Shown piece after piece: positions 54,898-64,000 of a DNA stretch of 64,000 bases (position 1 is its first letter; each line of letters opens with the position of its first letter). Below the pieces are notes generated by a model. The model was not told where the DNA came from, searched no databases, and saw only the letters and a list, made by a program, of their open reading frames with translations. A program made the position numbers and the translations under genes. Location: IMG/VR virus record IMGVR_UViG_3300020187_003193; one strand, given 5' to 3'. The DNA is from a virus.

Positions 54898-57800
54898 ATG
54901 GAGCAAACTAGCGTATCAAATAATTCTCCTTTAGAGTTAATTAACCAAGATTATTCTATTAAAGATGTCTCATTATTAAATGAGTATGAAGTTAATAGAG
55001 AATTTGGGGCTGAACAGGATGTAGTAGAACTCCATGTTTTCTCCTCTACAAATCAGCTATTAAATTCTAACCATAATTTTAAAGATTACAATACTCAAGT
55101 AACTAAAGACGATACTTCTTTATTTAATACCTTATATCTTGATCCTGAAAAAGATGTTAAATCCGCTGGGTTTAATGTTGGGAAATACAATACGGGGTAC
55201 TTTTTCTACAGAACTTTATTTTTAAGTAATATTGATAGACGTTTCTTTATTAAAGAAATTTCACAAGATAGAACTGAAATCAAGATTGCAACTAACGAAT
55301 TATCTTATGATGCGTTAGGAACATCTTATTTCAACTACATAACTTCCAAACAAGGTAAAAGTTTTTACTCTGATTTACTTCTAAACTTTGGAAACAATCA
55401 AACCTTAATAGGAGTAAATACCCTACTAGACACTGCTAACCCATCAGAACCTAGTATATATATTAAGTTATATGAACCTCTACCAGTTCAATTTGGATTA
55501 AAAGATACATTATGGTGTGTTGAAGAGGTTTCTGAACCGATTTCATTTAATGTAGATATACAATTCATATCTGAAGAAGTAGAAGAATTTACTTATTTAA
55601 GAGGACCAAATACAAATATAGATCTAAATTCTCAAGTAAACTCTACTACAAATTATTTAAATGTTAATGAAATACTTAATACCTCATTAACTTCTTCGTT
55701 TCAACAACTTAAATCCTACCTTGAGGAAAAAAGTATTGATATAAGTATTGATCATGAAGAATACTCTAACTTTGTACATTTCTCCTCCGCTTATGAGAGG
55801 TTAGAAAACTTTAAATATAAATTAAATTTAATTCAATCATACCAAGGTGATTTAAATTCCCTTAAAAGTATAAGCGAATTAACAGATGATTCTTATGTAT
55901 CTGCTTCAAAAGCAACCCTACAAGATAATATAGATACATTAATAGAAAAATTTGATAATTACGAATACTACTTATACTACACATCAGGTTCAAAAGCTTG
56001 GCCTAAAACAACCAATTCACCACCTTATACTAATCAACTAACTAGTACAACATCTTCTCTAGAATGGTTTGGATCGGTAGATGAAGAAAGTACATATTAT
56101 GGAGGTCAAATATTATCTGCTTCTTTATACGATGAAGATAACAGAAACTATATATGGAACACATTACCTTCCTATATAAAAGATGATCCACAAAATCAAA
56201 ACCTAGAGTTGCTAGTAGCAATGTTAGGTCAACATTATGATTATATCTGGACTTATATTAGAGGTATAGGTGATTTAAAAAACGCAGATAACAGACCTGA
56301 TTATGGTGTTTCTAAAGATATGGTAGCAGATGCTCTCCGTTCTTTAGGTATAAAACTATATACTAGCGATAGAACTAACCAGGACATATACACTTCTATA
56401 TTAGGTCTAACCCCTTCAGGTGGTTTAGTACCTGATACGGGTTCTTATAGAATAGAAAACTATATATCAGCATCTAACAACCAGACATCTTATGATGATC
56501 TTAATAAAGAAGTATACAAACGTATCTATCATAACCTACCTTACCTTTTAAAAACAAAAGGTTCTTATAGAGGTTTAAGAGCACTTCTTAACTGTTTTGG
56601 TATAGCAGATTTTATCATTAGAATAAAAGAATACGGTGGTAACAAAAAGAATGTAAGAGAAGTAAATCAACTATATGAAAATGGTGTTTATGCTTTAAAT
56701 ACTAATTCTTCTAGTATGGTTAACGTTCCATGGTTACCAACTTTAATACCTATGCTCCCTGAATTATGGGAAGAAATGGATTATGACTGGAACGATATTG
56801 AAGGTTGGTGGAATGGTACTTTAACTATTGACAGTGTTGCTGATGAACTTGAATTTAGATTCAAAACTAAAGGTATACCTACATCATCTCACCATACTCA
56901 ATCTATATTCCAAGTAAACAACTCGGATTCATCATCCCAATTTGGGGTACAATTATTGTACCCAACTGAATCGCTACAAGAATCAGGTAGTGGGTTTGAA
57001 CGTCACGGTGAATTAAGATTTATCCTATCTGGATCTCAGGGATACAAAGAAACAGAACCTATATTCTTACCTTTCTTTAGCGCAAGCTGGTTTAATGTAA
57101 GATTGGGAAGAAATCCGGGTAAAGGTACTTTAGATCAAACTGGATCTGTAGATGTAACTTACAAATTAGATGTAAGAGGAGCAGAATTTGAAGGAAGCGC
57201 AGACCAGTATATAAAATATACAGGATCAGCTGAATTTACAATTGATGCAGCTACATCAGCCTCATATAATGAAGCATGGAGTTACTATGATTTTGTCCCT
57301 GACAATAATTACTTCCGTGGATGGTTAGGTGGAGCAAGCAGTAGTAACGTAATGGCACCAGATGGTGTTTTGTTTGATGGTTACTTCCAAGAATTTAGAA
57401 TTTGGATGACAAACTTATCATCTTCAGCTCTTGATCAGCATGTCTTAAACCCAACCTCATATGTAGGAAATAATTATTCATCTTCTTATAATGATTTAAT
57501 TTATAGATTAGGTTTAGGAAATGACTTATTAACTAGTAGTGCTATAGTTCCATCCATACACCCTATGGTTACAGGTTCGAATGCACCTACAGCCTCATTC
57601 TTAGGTACGGGTTCAACAACTGTATCCTACGGTATCATTACTAACTTTTCAAATGCTAGTTTTGAAGAAGAAAACAGAACAGATTTAATTCAAGCAGCAG
57701 ATATAGGGGCTTTAGTTCAAAACGAAATTAAAGTTAGACCTAGAAATGTAAGCACAATATCAGGTTCTACTTTATCCCCTTATGTAAGTATTCAAGATGA

Positions 57801-60219
57801 TAGTATTGATGAATATACAGCAGATTTAGATAGTTTAGAAGTAGCTATTTCCCCACAAGATAGTATCAATAAAGATATTACAGATCAGATGGGATGGTTT
57901 GATATAGATGATTTTATTGGAGATCCAAAATTAGCACCTTCATCATCTTATAAAGATTTAGAAAATTTAAGAAATTTTTATTTTGTAAAATATACTAAAA
58001 AACAAAATATATTTGAATATGTAAAAGCATTATCTTATTTCGATAGTTCTTTGTTTAAAATGATTAAGGATTTTGTTCCTGCAAAATCAACTTTAACAAC
58101 TGGTTTATTAATTAAACCTCATATGTTAGAGAGAAACAAATCACCTAAATTCGAACCTGCTTTTACTTACATAGATTATACGGGCTCAATTGCTAAACCT
58201 GAAGTAATAGGATCTAATCCTATGGATGCAAACCTAAATACTTCATATACAGCTAATATAAAAATCCCATCTAGTTCAGCAGATACTATTACAGAAGCAT
58301 ATGTAACTTATAACTTTAATGATAGTAGAGAGCCATTTACAGGTGAATATAGTGGTAGTGAATTAACAGTTTACTCACAACCTACAACTAGTGTAGTAGT
58401 AGAAAGAAGTTTCTTTAATGTAGAAAATGACAACGATACATTTGTTTCATATTCAAACATTCCACTTAACCCAACATTAAACAATATATCTGAAGCAAGA
58501 AAATCGGTACAATATATGGATATCGATTACTCTTCAAATTTAATTACTCCTGTTAACATAGGATTCATCACAAGTAGATCATTTAACCAAATTACTGAAG
58601 CGGATACACCATTTTTAGATGCTCCTATTCAAGATAGTAACTATACTTTATTGCGTAATGTAAACCCAAGATATCTAGGCAGTAAAACGACATCCGCAAA
58701 ATATAACGATTATACTATAGGAGATAAATCATATGGTTCAACAGCAGCTATTGACTTAAATTCACTTAAATTTGCTTACTTTGCAGAAGTAGTAGAAACT
58801 GGTTCATTGTTCCCAGAACGCTCAAATGTATACTTAAAATATCTAATTGACGGACGTTCTAATGTTACAGAATTAACTCGTAAAAATGAAAGTATATTTG
58901 AATTACAAAATATTTTTAGTTCTAAACAACAAGCAAACATATCATTAGATAACAACCAATTATTTTCAGACCAGAAATATCTTGATGGTTTAAAACCTAT
59001 ATATGCTGGTGGATTTAGATATTTATCTTGTTTACAAAACCCTACAGGTAGTAATACTTTAATTTATAAATTTACTACGGGTTCTTTATCTAACGTAACA
59101 ACCGAAGATCTAAAAGAATTACCAGGTAGTTTAGGAGGAGATTTTGTAAAAATTTCTAATTTTACTTTAGGTACAATTCAAATCCAAAGTGGAAGTAATA
59201 GTGTATCTTTTGGAGGTTATCCGGCAATTACATTAACTAGAAATGAACCTGTAAACCAATCCACAGTTTGGTGGGATAACGATTTAGTAATAAACTTTGA
59301 AGGAGAACTTGAAATTGAAGTAACAATTCCTAAAAACGTATCGGCTTCTATTGATAATATTACTTGGAATCCATTTAATGGAGAATCTCCTTTAGTATCA
59401 TCATCTATAGATTTAGGGGATACTGCTCTAGTAAAGGCCACATATCATATTTCTAATTCTGCTACTTTACCTAAAAATACAAATACAAGCGAAGTGTTAT
59501 TAGATAATGCGGTTTCGGCAATAGGAGGACGTTTTGAAAGTATTTTTGACAACCCACAATTTAGTAGTGCATCACTAAACATAGGAAGAGAATCAGCCAG
59601 ATACTCAGAACCAGAATACACATATTATTACCCATCTGAACCAATAGTTTCTTTAACTTCAAGTATAGTAGATGGAGGAGATGCAGATAGAAACGATGCT
59701 TTCTTCATTAGAAACAATACAGGTTCATTTAATATATTAACCGCTTCGGTTTCTATGTCTTACTGGTATGGAAATTTTGTACAAACCTCATCCGTACAAG
59801 AAGGATATCCTGTTGTAGATGAAGAATTTGCTATCCAACAAGGAGACTTATTTAGATTTTACGATTCGGCAAGTGGAGAATTTCCAAAAGAATTTGAAAG
59901 ACAAGTTAAACGTGTTAACTTAATTCCAAGAGACGAAGTAACAGATACAAGACGTTTAACAATAGAATTTAACAGAGATATACCTGCTAGAGCATGTAGT
60001 GATTTTGGATCCGTTTCTTCACCTGAAGATGCTACTGAAATTAAACATTTTGTTATATTAAAGAAAGTACCTGACGAAACAAACATCGTACTTGACTTTG
60101 CTAAACAACCGGGCCAAACATCCTCAGGTATAGTTTTACCCGCAGACATATCAAAAACTTTGAAAGAAAAAGCGGGTAACATAGTAAAACAACTTAAAGC
60201 ACAAAACTTAATATCATAA
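54898..60219 (+). CDS. Large baseplate/tail structural protein (gp7-like position)
   Basis: 1773 aa; 'LPYLLKTKGS.RGLRALLNCFGI' wedge-like segment. Confidence 0.65.
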   Translation: MEQTSVSNNSPLELINQDYSIKDVSLLNEYEVNREFGAEQDVVELHVFSSTNQLLNSNHNFKDYNTQVTKDDTSLFNTLYLDPEKDVKSAGFNVGKYNTGYFFYRTLFLSNIDRRFFIKEISQDRTEIKIATNELSYDALGTSYFNYITSKQGKSFYSDLLLNFGNNQTLIGVNTLLDTANPSEPSIYIKLYEPLPVQFGLKDTLWCVEEVSEPISFNVDIQFISEEVEEFTYLRGPNTNIDLNSQVNSTTNYLNVNEILNTSLTSSFQQLKSYLEEKSIDISIDHEEYSNFVHFSSAYERLENFKYKLNLIQSYQGDLNSLKSISELTDDSYVSASKATLQDNIDTLIEKFDNYEYYLYYTSGSKAWPKTTNSPPYTNQLTSTTSSLEWFGSVDEESTYYGGQILSASLYDEDNRNYIWNTLPSYIKDDPQNQNLELLVAMLGQHYDYIWTYIRGIGDLKNADNRPDYGVSKDMVADALRSLGIKLYTSDRTNQDIYTSILGLTPSGGLVPDTGSYRIENYISASNNQTSYDDLNKEVYKRIYHNLPYLLKTKGSYRGLRALLNCFGIADFIIRIKEYGGNKKNVREVNQLYENGVYALNTNSSSMVNVPWLPTLIPMLPELWEEMDYDWNDIEGWWNGTLTIDSVADELEFRFKTKGIPTSSHHTQSIFQVNNSDSSSQFGVQLLYPTESLQESGSGFERHGELRFILSGSQGYKETEPIFLPFFSASWFNVRLGRNPGKGTLDQTGSVDVTYKLDVRGAEFEGSADQYIKYTGSAEFTIDAATSASYNEAWSYYDFVPDNNYFRGWLGGASSSNVMAPDGVLFDGYFQEFRIWMTNLSSSALDQHVLNPTSYVGNNYSSSYNDLIYRLGLGNDLLTSSAIVPSIHPMVTGSNAPTASFLGTGSTTVSYGIITNFSNASFEEENRTDLIQAADIGALVQNEIKVRPRNVSTISGSTLSPYVSIQDDSIDEYTADLDSLEVAISPQDSINKDITDQMGWFDIDDFIGDPKLAPSSSYKDLENLRNFYFVKYTKKQNIFEYVKALSYFDSSLFKMIKDFVPAKSTLTTGLLIKPHMLERNKSPKFEPAFTYIDYTGSIAKPEVIGSNPMDANLNTSYTANIKIPSSSADTITEAYVTYNFNDSREPFTGEYSGSELTVYSQPTTSVVVERSFFNVENDNDTFVSYSNIPLNPTLNNISEARKSVQYMDIDYSSNLITPVNIGFITSRSFNQITEADTPFLDAPIQDSNYTLLRNVNPRYLGSKTTSAKYNDYTIGDKSYGSTAAIDLNSLKFAYFAEVVETGSLFPERSNVYLKYLIDGRSNVTELTRKNESIFELQNIFSSKQQANISLDNNQLFSDQKYLDGLKPIYAGGFRYLSCLQNPTGSNTLIYKFTTGSLSNVTTEDLKELPGSLGGDFVKISNFTLGTIQIQSGSNSVSFGGYPAITLTRNEPVNQSTVWWDNDLVINFEGELEIEVTIPKNVSASIDNITWNPFNGESPLVSSSIDLGDTALVKATYHISNSATLPKNTNTSEVLLDNAVSAIGGRFESIFDNPQFSSASLNIGRESARYSEPEYTYYYPSEPIVSLTSSIVDGGDADRNDAFFIRNNTGSFNILTASVSMSYWYGNFVQTSSVQEGYPVVDEEFAIQQGDLFRFYDSASGEFPKEFERQVKRVNLIPRDEVTDTRRLTIEFNRDIPARACSDFGSVSSPEDATEIKHFVILKKVPDETNIVLDFAKQPGQTSSGIVLPADISKTLKEKAGNIVKQLKAQNLIS

Positions 60220-60235
60220 AAAATAAAAAAATATT

Positions 60236-60243
60236 ATATTTAT
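60236..60243 (+). promoter_or_regulatory. Putative late promoter motif ATATTTAT
   Basis: Upstream of 60262. Confidence 0.5.
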
Positions 60244-60261
60244 ATACAACAATTATAAAAC

Positions 60262-60921
60262 ATGGGATATTTAAATAACACTTCAGTTACTGTTGATGCA
60301 ATACTTACCAAAAAAGGGCGTGAGTTATTAGCTAGAAACGACGGTTCTTTTAGAATTACGCAATTTTCATTAGCGGATGATGAGATTGATTACACATTGT
60401 ACAATCCAAATCACCCATCTGGATCGGCTTTTTACGGAGAGGCAATCGAAAACATGCCTATTCTAGAAGCATTCCCAGACGAAACACAGACAATGAAGTA
60501 TAAATTGCTTACCTTACCAAGAGGTACAGCAAAACTTCCAGTTTTAGAATTAGGATATACTACTATCTCTCTAAAACAAGGATCTTCATTATCTATATCA
60601 CCACAAACCTTAAACTACCTAGGTACAGATTCAACATTTGAAGCTAGTGGGTACACAGCTACAATTGGAGATTCAAGAACGTTATCTAAATTCGAAGGTG
60701 TAGGTGTAAATACAACAAATGCTACTCAGCTAAACTCAACAAGTACAGTAGGTACAAACGTATCTCGTACTGTAATTGGTACTACAATTAACTTAACAGC
60801 AACTACTGTTAATACCTTATTTGGTACTTCAAATACATTAAACACAATTCTAACCGTTACTGGTAGAGATTCAGGAGCTAGAGTATCTATTCCATTGAAT
60901 ATAACAAAAGTAACATCTTAA
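60262..60921 (+). CDS. Virion structural protein (baseplate/fibre attachment)
   Basis: 'DAILTKKGRELLA...ITQFSLADDEIDY' resembles tail-collar/fibre N-termini. Confidence 0.6.
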   Translation: MGYLNNTSVTVDAILTKKGRELLARNDGSFRITQFSLADDEIDYTLYNPNHPSGSAFYGEAIENMPILEAFPDETQTMKYKLLTLPRGTAKLPVLELGYTTISLKQGSSLSISPQTLNYLGTDSTFEASGYTATIGDSRTLSKFEGVGVNTTNATQLNSTSTVGTNVSRTVIGTTINLTATTVNTLFGTSNTLNTILTVTGRDSGARVSIPLNITKVTS

Positions 60922-60932
60922 GATAAAAATAT

Positions 60933-61973
60933 ATGAGCCTTGTAAGTTTACAATCAAGTGATTTTGTAGTAAGTGCAGATTCCATCACTTCTACTCTATG
61001 GTCAGGCAATAAGCCTATTATAGACCAGTTTTTTACTTCATCACTAACATCATCCTTTAACTTCTTCTTAGATGTTTACAACACTAGCTCAGTTAGATCT
61101 GATGCTGAAGTACAATTCTCTATAGCATACGGTGAAGTTGCAGGATCAGGTTCTGCTCCATTCAATAATCTAGTAACAGGAAGTTCTCCATCTAAAGTAA
61201 CTTATGGACAATTTAGAACGTTAGTTAACGGAGACGAAAATACAAACTTTAGTTTCGGAACTGGAAACACAAATTCAAAAGACATTTTTGTATTAAATGT
61301 TAACAGAGCAAGATATAAAGAAAAACTATTTCCCGGAACATTTAACTTAGTATTATCTGGGTCAGATGGCACAGAAGCTTCTCGTATACAATTAACAGAT
61401 AATTCAAGAGACGTTACCTCATTAACTTATACAGATGCAGGTAGAGTATTTGATATAGTAAGTGGTACAAATGGTAGTGCTGTAACTAGTCCTGTAATTG
61501 AAGGGGTATCTTCAGGATACACACCTTCAGGTTCATATGGTAAATTCTTACCAGATGTAGGTTTAATATTACTTAACCCTAGAGCTTTGGCTTTATCTGC
61601 CTCATTAGGTGGTGTAGGTTTAGTAATAAATGATGATTTAACTAGTACTGCTTTAGTTTCTAATAATAGTAAACTATACGAATCAATCAAATTAGCCCAA
61701 ACATTCTCCTTAAATTCAGAAGAAACAATTACTTCTGATTATATATTTGTTAGAGTAAAGAATTCTGATTTTAACTATTCAACTAACCCATCAATGATTA
61801 GTGGTAGTGGAGAATTCGTATATTCTAGCTTAGTTAATAACCCACAAACCTATGTTACAACAGTCGGTTTATATAATGATTCAAACGAGTTACTTTCGGT
61901 AGCTAAATTGTCTAAACCATTAGTAAAAGATTTTACGAAAGAAGCACTAATCCGTGTGAAATTAGACTTTTAA
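60933..61973 (+). CDS. Virion structural protein (fibre-collar-like C-terminus)
   Basis: 'YVTTVGLYNDSNELLSVAKLSKP'. Confidence 0.6.
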   Translation: MSLVSLQSSDFVVSADSITSTLWSGNKPIIDQFFTSSLTSSFNFFLDVYNTSSVRSDAEVQFSIAYGEVAGSGSAPFNNLVTGSSPSKVTYGQFRTLVNGDENTNFSFGTGNTNSKDIFVLNVNRARYKEKLFPGTFNLVLSGSDGTEASRIQLTDNSRDVTSLTYTDAGRVFDIVSGTNGSAVTSPVIEGVSSGYTPSGSYGKFLPDVGLILLNPRALALSASLGGVGLVINDDLTSTALVSNNSKLYESIKLAQTFSLNSEETITSDYIFVRVKNSDFNYSTNPSMISGSGEFVYSSLVNNPQTYVTTVGLYNDSNELLSVAKLSKPLVKDFTKEALIRVKLDF

Positions 61974-61976
61974 TGA

Positions 61977-64000
61977 ATGAGTTTTGCATACAAAAAATTA
62001 TCTGCATCTGATATTAAATCGGTACCTTATGTTGCTAACAAGCAATATAATATACCATCATCTTCATATGTGGACTTAGGAATCAAAACCTATGTTGGAG
62101 AATACATTCCAATCACTACTGAGAGACCTTTTGATCCTGAAAATGATAACTTAACTCCTGATGGTGAATATAGAAGATTGGTTTACGAATCAATTAAACA
62201 TCTATACTACCAGAATTATGTTACGGCATCATCTACTCAACAAGGACAAGATATTCCTGTATTAGTAAATCCCGATAATAGTAATTACTTTTTTCATTCA
62301 TCTTCATACGATAATTACTTACAAAACACAATGGCCTCAGGGTCATATCCTAATTCTAGATATTTCCCATATTATCCTACTGTAGAGTTTGACTATAATG
62401 AACCTACCGCTTCATTATATGGCACAGCCCAATACTTTTTAGATGTAGCTTCTAAGGTTAGAGTTTTATCTTTTCCTAAAGACATATATGGGGAAGGTTT
62501 GAAACCAAACTCATTTAATATAACTGGAGATAATTTTAATATAGTAGATGACGGTAATGGGAATTTATTAGATGTATTTACGGATTTAACATCTTCTATC
62601 CCTGTAGGAAATATATTTTATAATCATGGCTTAGCAGTAATTACAAATAAAGAATATCTTTGTTTTCTAGAATCCGCTCCTATTGCAAGAAACAACTTCC
62701 CAGTAATAGAAAATATCCAAGAAGTAAAAATCATCCAAATACTAGAAGACGATTTTGATGATTGTTCTACTGTAGCCACAGGATCTGTTTCTACATTTCC
62801 CCATCCTGACTTTCCTTTTCCTGACTATAGTGTTAGTCAAAGTGGAGATATTATTATTACTCCTAATGCTAATAGTGTAGTTCCTGGAGAATATAGATTA
62901 TATTATAGTGTTAAAAATTTATTTGATTTTGAAAGTAATACTGGATCTATAGTATTGAGAGTCGATGCAGATCCTTTAACTCTTACAACTCAATCTTTAA
63001 CACAATCCTGTTATGAAGGTAACTTATCAGCTTCATTAACATTCTCAATAGATTATGGAGTTCCACCTTATAGCTGGTCAATAGACAATACAAATTATAC
63101 CCCAATAAATGGTTTATTCCAACCAATAGTTTCAGCATCTTTAACCCCAACACGTTCTTTAGTTTTATCTATTAAAGATAGATACAATGCTATAACCTCT
63201 CAAACTATCAATACTTCCTTTTTACCTATTGATGGTAAATTATGGCAAAATGATGTGTCATTCTGCGGTACAAACGATGGGTATATTATAGCAAGCGCAA
63301 GTGGCGACTTGCCTATTACTGCGTCTTTAAGCGCTTCATTTGACAATGCTGTTGAGTTACCTAACACAATGAGTGGTTTAGAAGTAGGTACATACACTGT
63401 ATACTTTAAAGATGTTAATAATTGTACTACAACTTCTCAAATAGAAGTAACAAAAACTATACCTGTAACAGCAAGTTATCAAGTAACTAATATAGATTGT
63501 TATGGTTCAAATACAGGTAAAATCATATTAGATGAACTGGATGAGAATGACGAATTTCAAGACTATTTCTTAACAGGAGGAGCTTTACCATTAACTTGGA
63601 GTTGGTCAGGACCTAATTCTTTTTTGACTGATTCAATCAATATAGAAAATGTTCCTAGTGGATCCTATATATTAAATATATTTGATGGAGATGGGTGCGT
63701 ATATGGTTTTACATACGATATATTTTCACAAGATATTATTTCATATGATTTAGATATATCTTACGATGATCCCTATAGTAGTTCCTTATTAATAAATAAT
63801 TTTAATGGGGGAGTATCTCCATACTATGTTACAGCTTCAACAGCCACTACAGAATATAAAATAGTACTTTTTAGTGGAGATAGTATAATTTCTCTAACAG
63901 AAGAAACTCTTAATTCGGCATCTATTACTTTAAGTGTAACGGATTCTTTTGGGTGCGTTACCCAATCAGAAAACATTCAAGTTTATAGTAGAACCTGGGA
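61977..64000 (+). CDS. Structural protein with SprB-like repeats (3' truncated by window edge)
   Basis: Stop-free frame read by hand from ATG 61977 (MSFAYKKLS...) to the end; repeats 'C.G...G.I...G..P.T.SW...L..G.Y.....D...C'. Confidence 0.75.
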   Translation, partial: MSFAYKKLSASDIKSVPYVANKQYNIPSSSYVDLGIKTYVGEYIPITTERPFDPENDNLTPDGEYRRLVYESIKHLYYQNYVTASSTQQGQDIPVLVNPDNSNYFFHSSSYDNYLQNTMASGSYPNSRYFPYYPTVEFDYNEPTASLYGTAQYFLDVASKVRVLSFPKDIYGEGLKPNSFNITGDNFNIVDDGNGNLLDVFTDLTSSIPVGNIFYNHGLAVITNKEYLCFLESAPIARNNFPVIENIQEVKIIQILEDDFDDCSTVATGSVSTFPHPDFPFPDYSVSQSGDIIITPNANSVVPGEYRLYYSVKNLFDFESNTGSIVLRVDADPLTLTTQSLTQSCYEGNLSASLTFSIDYGVPPYSWSIDNTNYTPINGLFQPIVSASLTPTRSLVLSIKDRYNAITSQTINTSFLPIDGKLWQNDVSFCGTNDGYIIASASGDLPITASLSASFDNAVELPNTMSGLEVGTYTVYFKDVNNCTTTSQIEVTKTIPVTASYQVTNIDCYGSNTGKIILDELDENDEFQDYFLTGGALPLTWSWSGPNSFLTDSINIENVPSGSYILNIFDGDGCVYGFTYDIFSQDIISYDLDISYDDPYSSSLLINNFNGGVSPYYVTASTATTEYKIVLFSGDSIISLTEETLNSASITLSVTDSFGCVTQSENIQVYSRTW

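Noticed and set aside
500-63397. Minus-strand ORFs and short out-of-frame plus-strand ORFs in the track (e.g. 21432-22088, 21955-22266, 26805-27143, 59859-60182)
   Set aside because: All are shadows of longer + strand genes with recognisable motifs; no minus-strand promoter or start context found
1-64000. Alternative genetic code (TAG/TGA recoding)
   Set aside because: Genes are full length in code 11, and TAG and TGA serve as true stops with coupled downstream starts

Overview
64 kb of an AT-rich, large lytic tailed phage genome (Caudoviricetes, T4-like myovirus baseplate). All credible genes are on the + strand in the standard genetic code. The host is very likely Bacteroidota (Flavobacteria-like): 14 copies of a Bacteroidota sigma70-type promoter (TTGG/TAGG-N19-TAnnTT[T/C][A/G]), a DUF4494-like gene, SprB-like repeats and cohesin/T9SS-CTD-like proteins. 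Layout: (1) 1-14.4 kb nucleotide-sugar/glycosyltransferase island (gmd, fcl, rfbH, rfbB, TPP-dependent alpha/beta pair, GTs); (2) 16.1-22.9 kb envelope cluster (two CsgG-like proteins, cohesin/dockerin-like protein, lipoproteins, putative beta-barrel) around a holin-like gene and an amidase; (3) 23-28 kb small genes behind host-type promoters; (4) 28.1-34.1 kb putative fibre-tip module (coiled-coil protein, three 2OG-Fe(II) oxygenases, GT9-like transferase, two kelch-like propellers, a 49-aa stub paralog); (5) 35-44 kb promoter-dense early region with many microproteins, an HNH gene with a kissing-loop leader, a ~700-nt non-coding tract, a second candidate structured RNA and a GC-rich element; (6) 44-46 kb HD hydrolase and phage sigma factor; (7) 46-64 kb baseplate/tail genes ending in a truncated ORF with SprB-like repeats. 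Product calls come from motifs recognised by eye; no database search or folding was run. Several starts were corrected and sub-60-aa ORFs missing from the ORF track were added.
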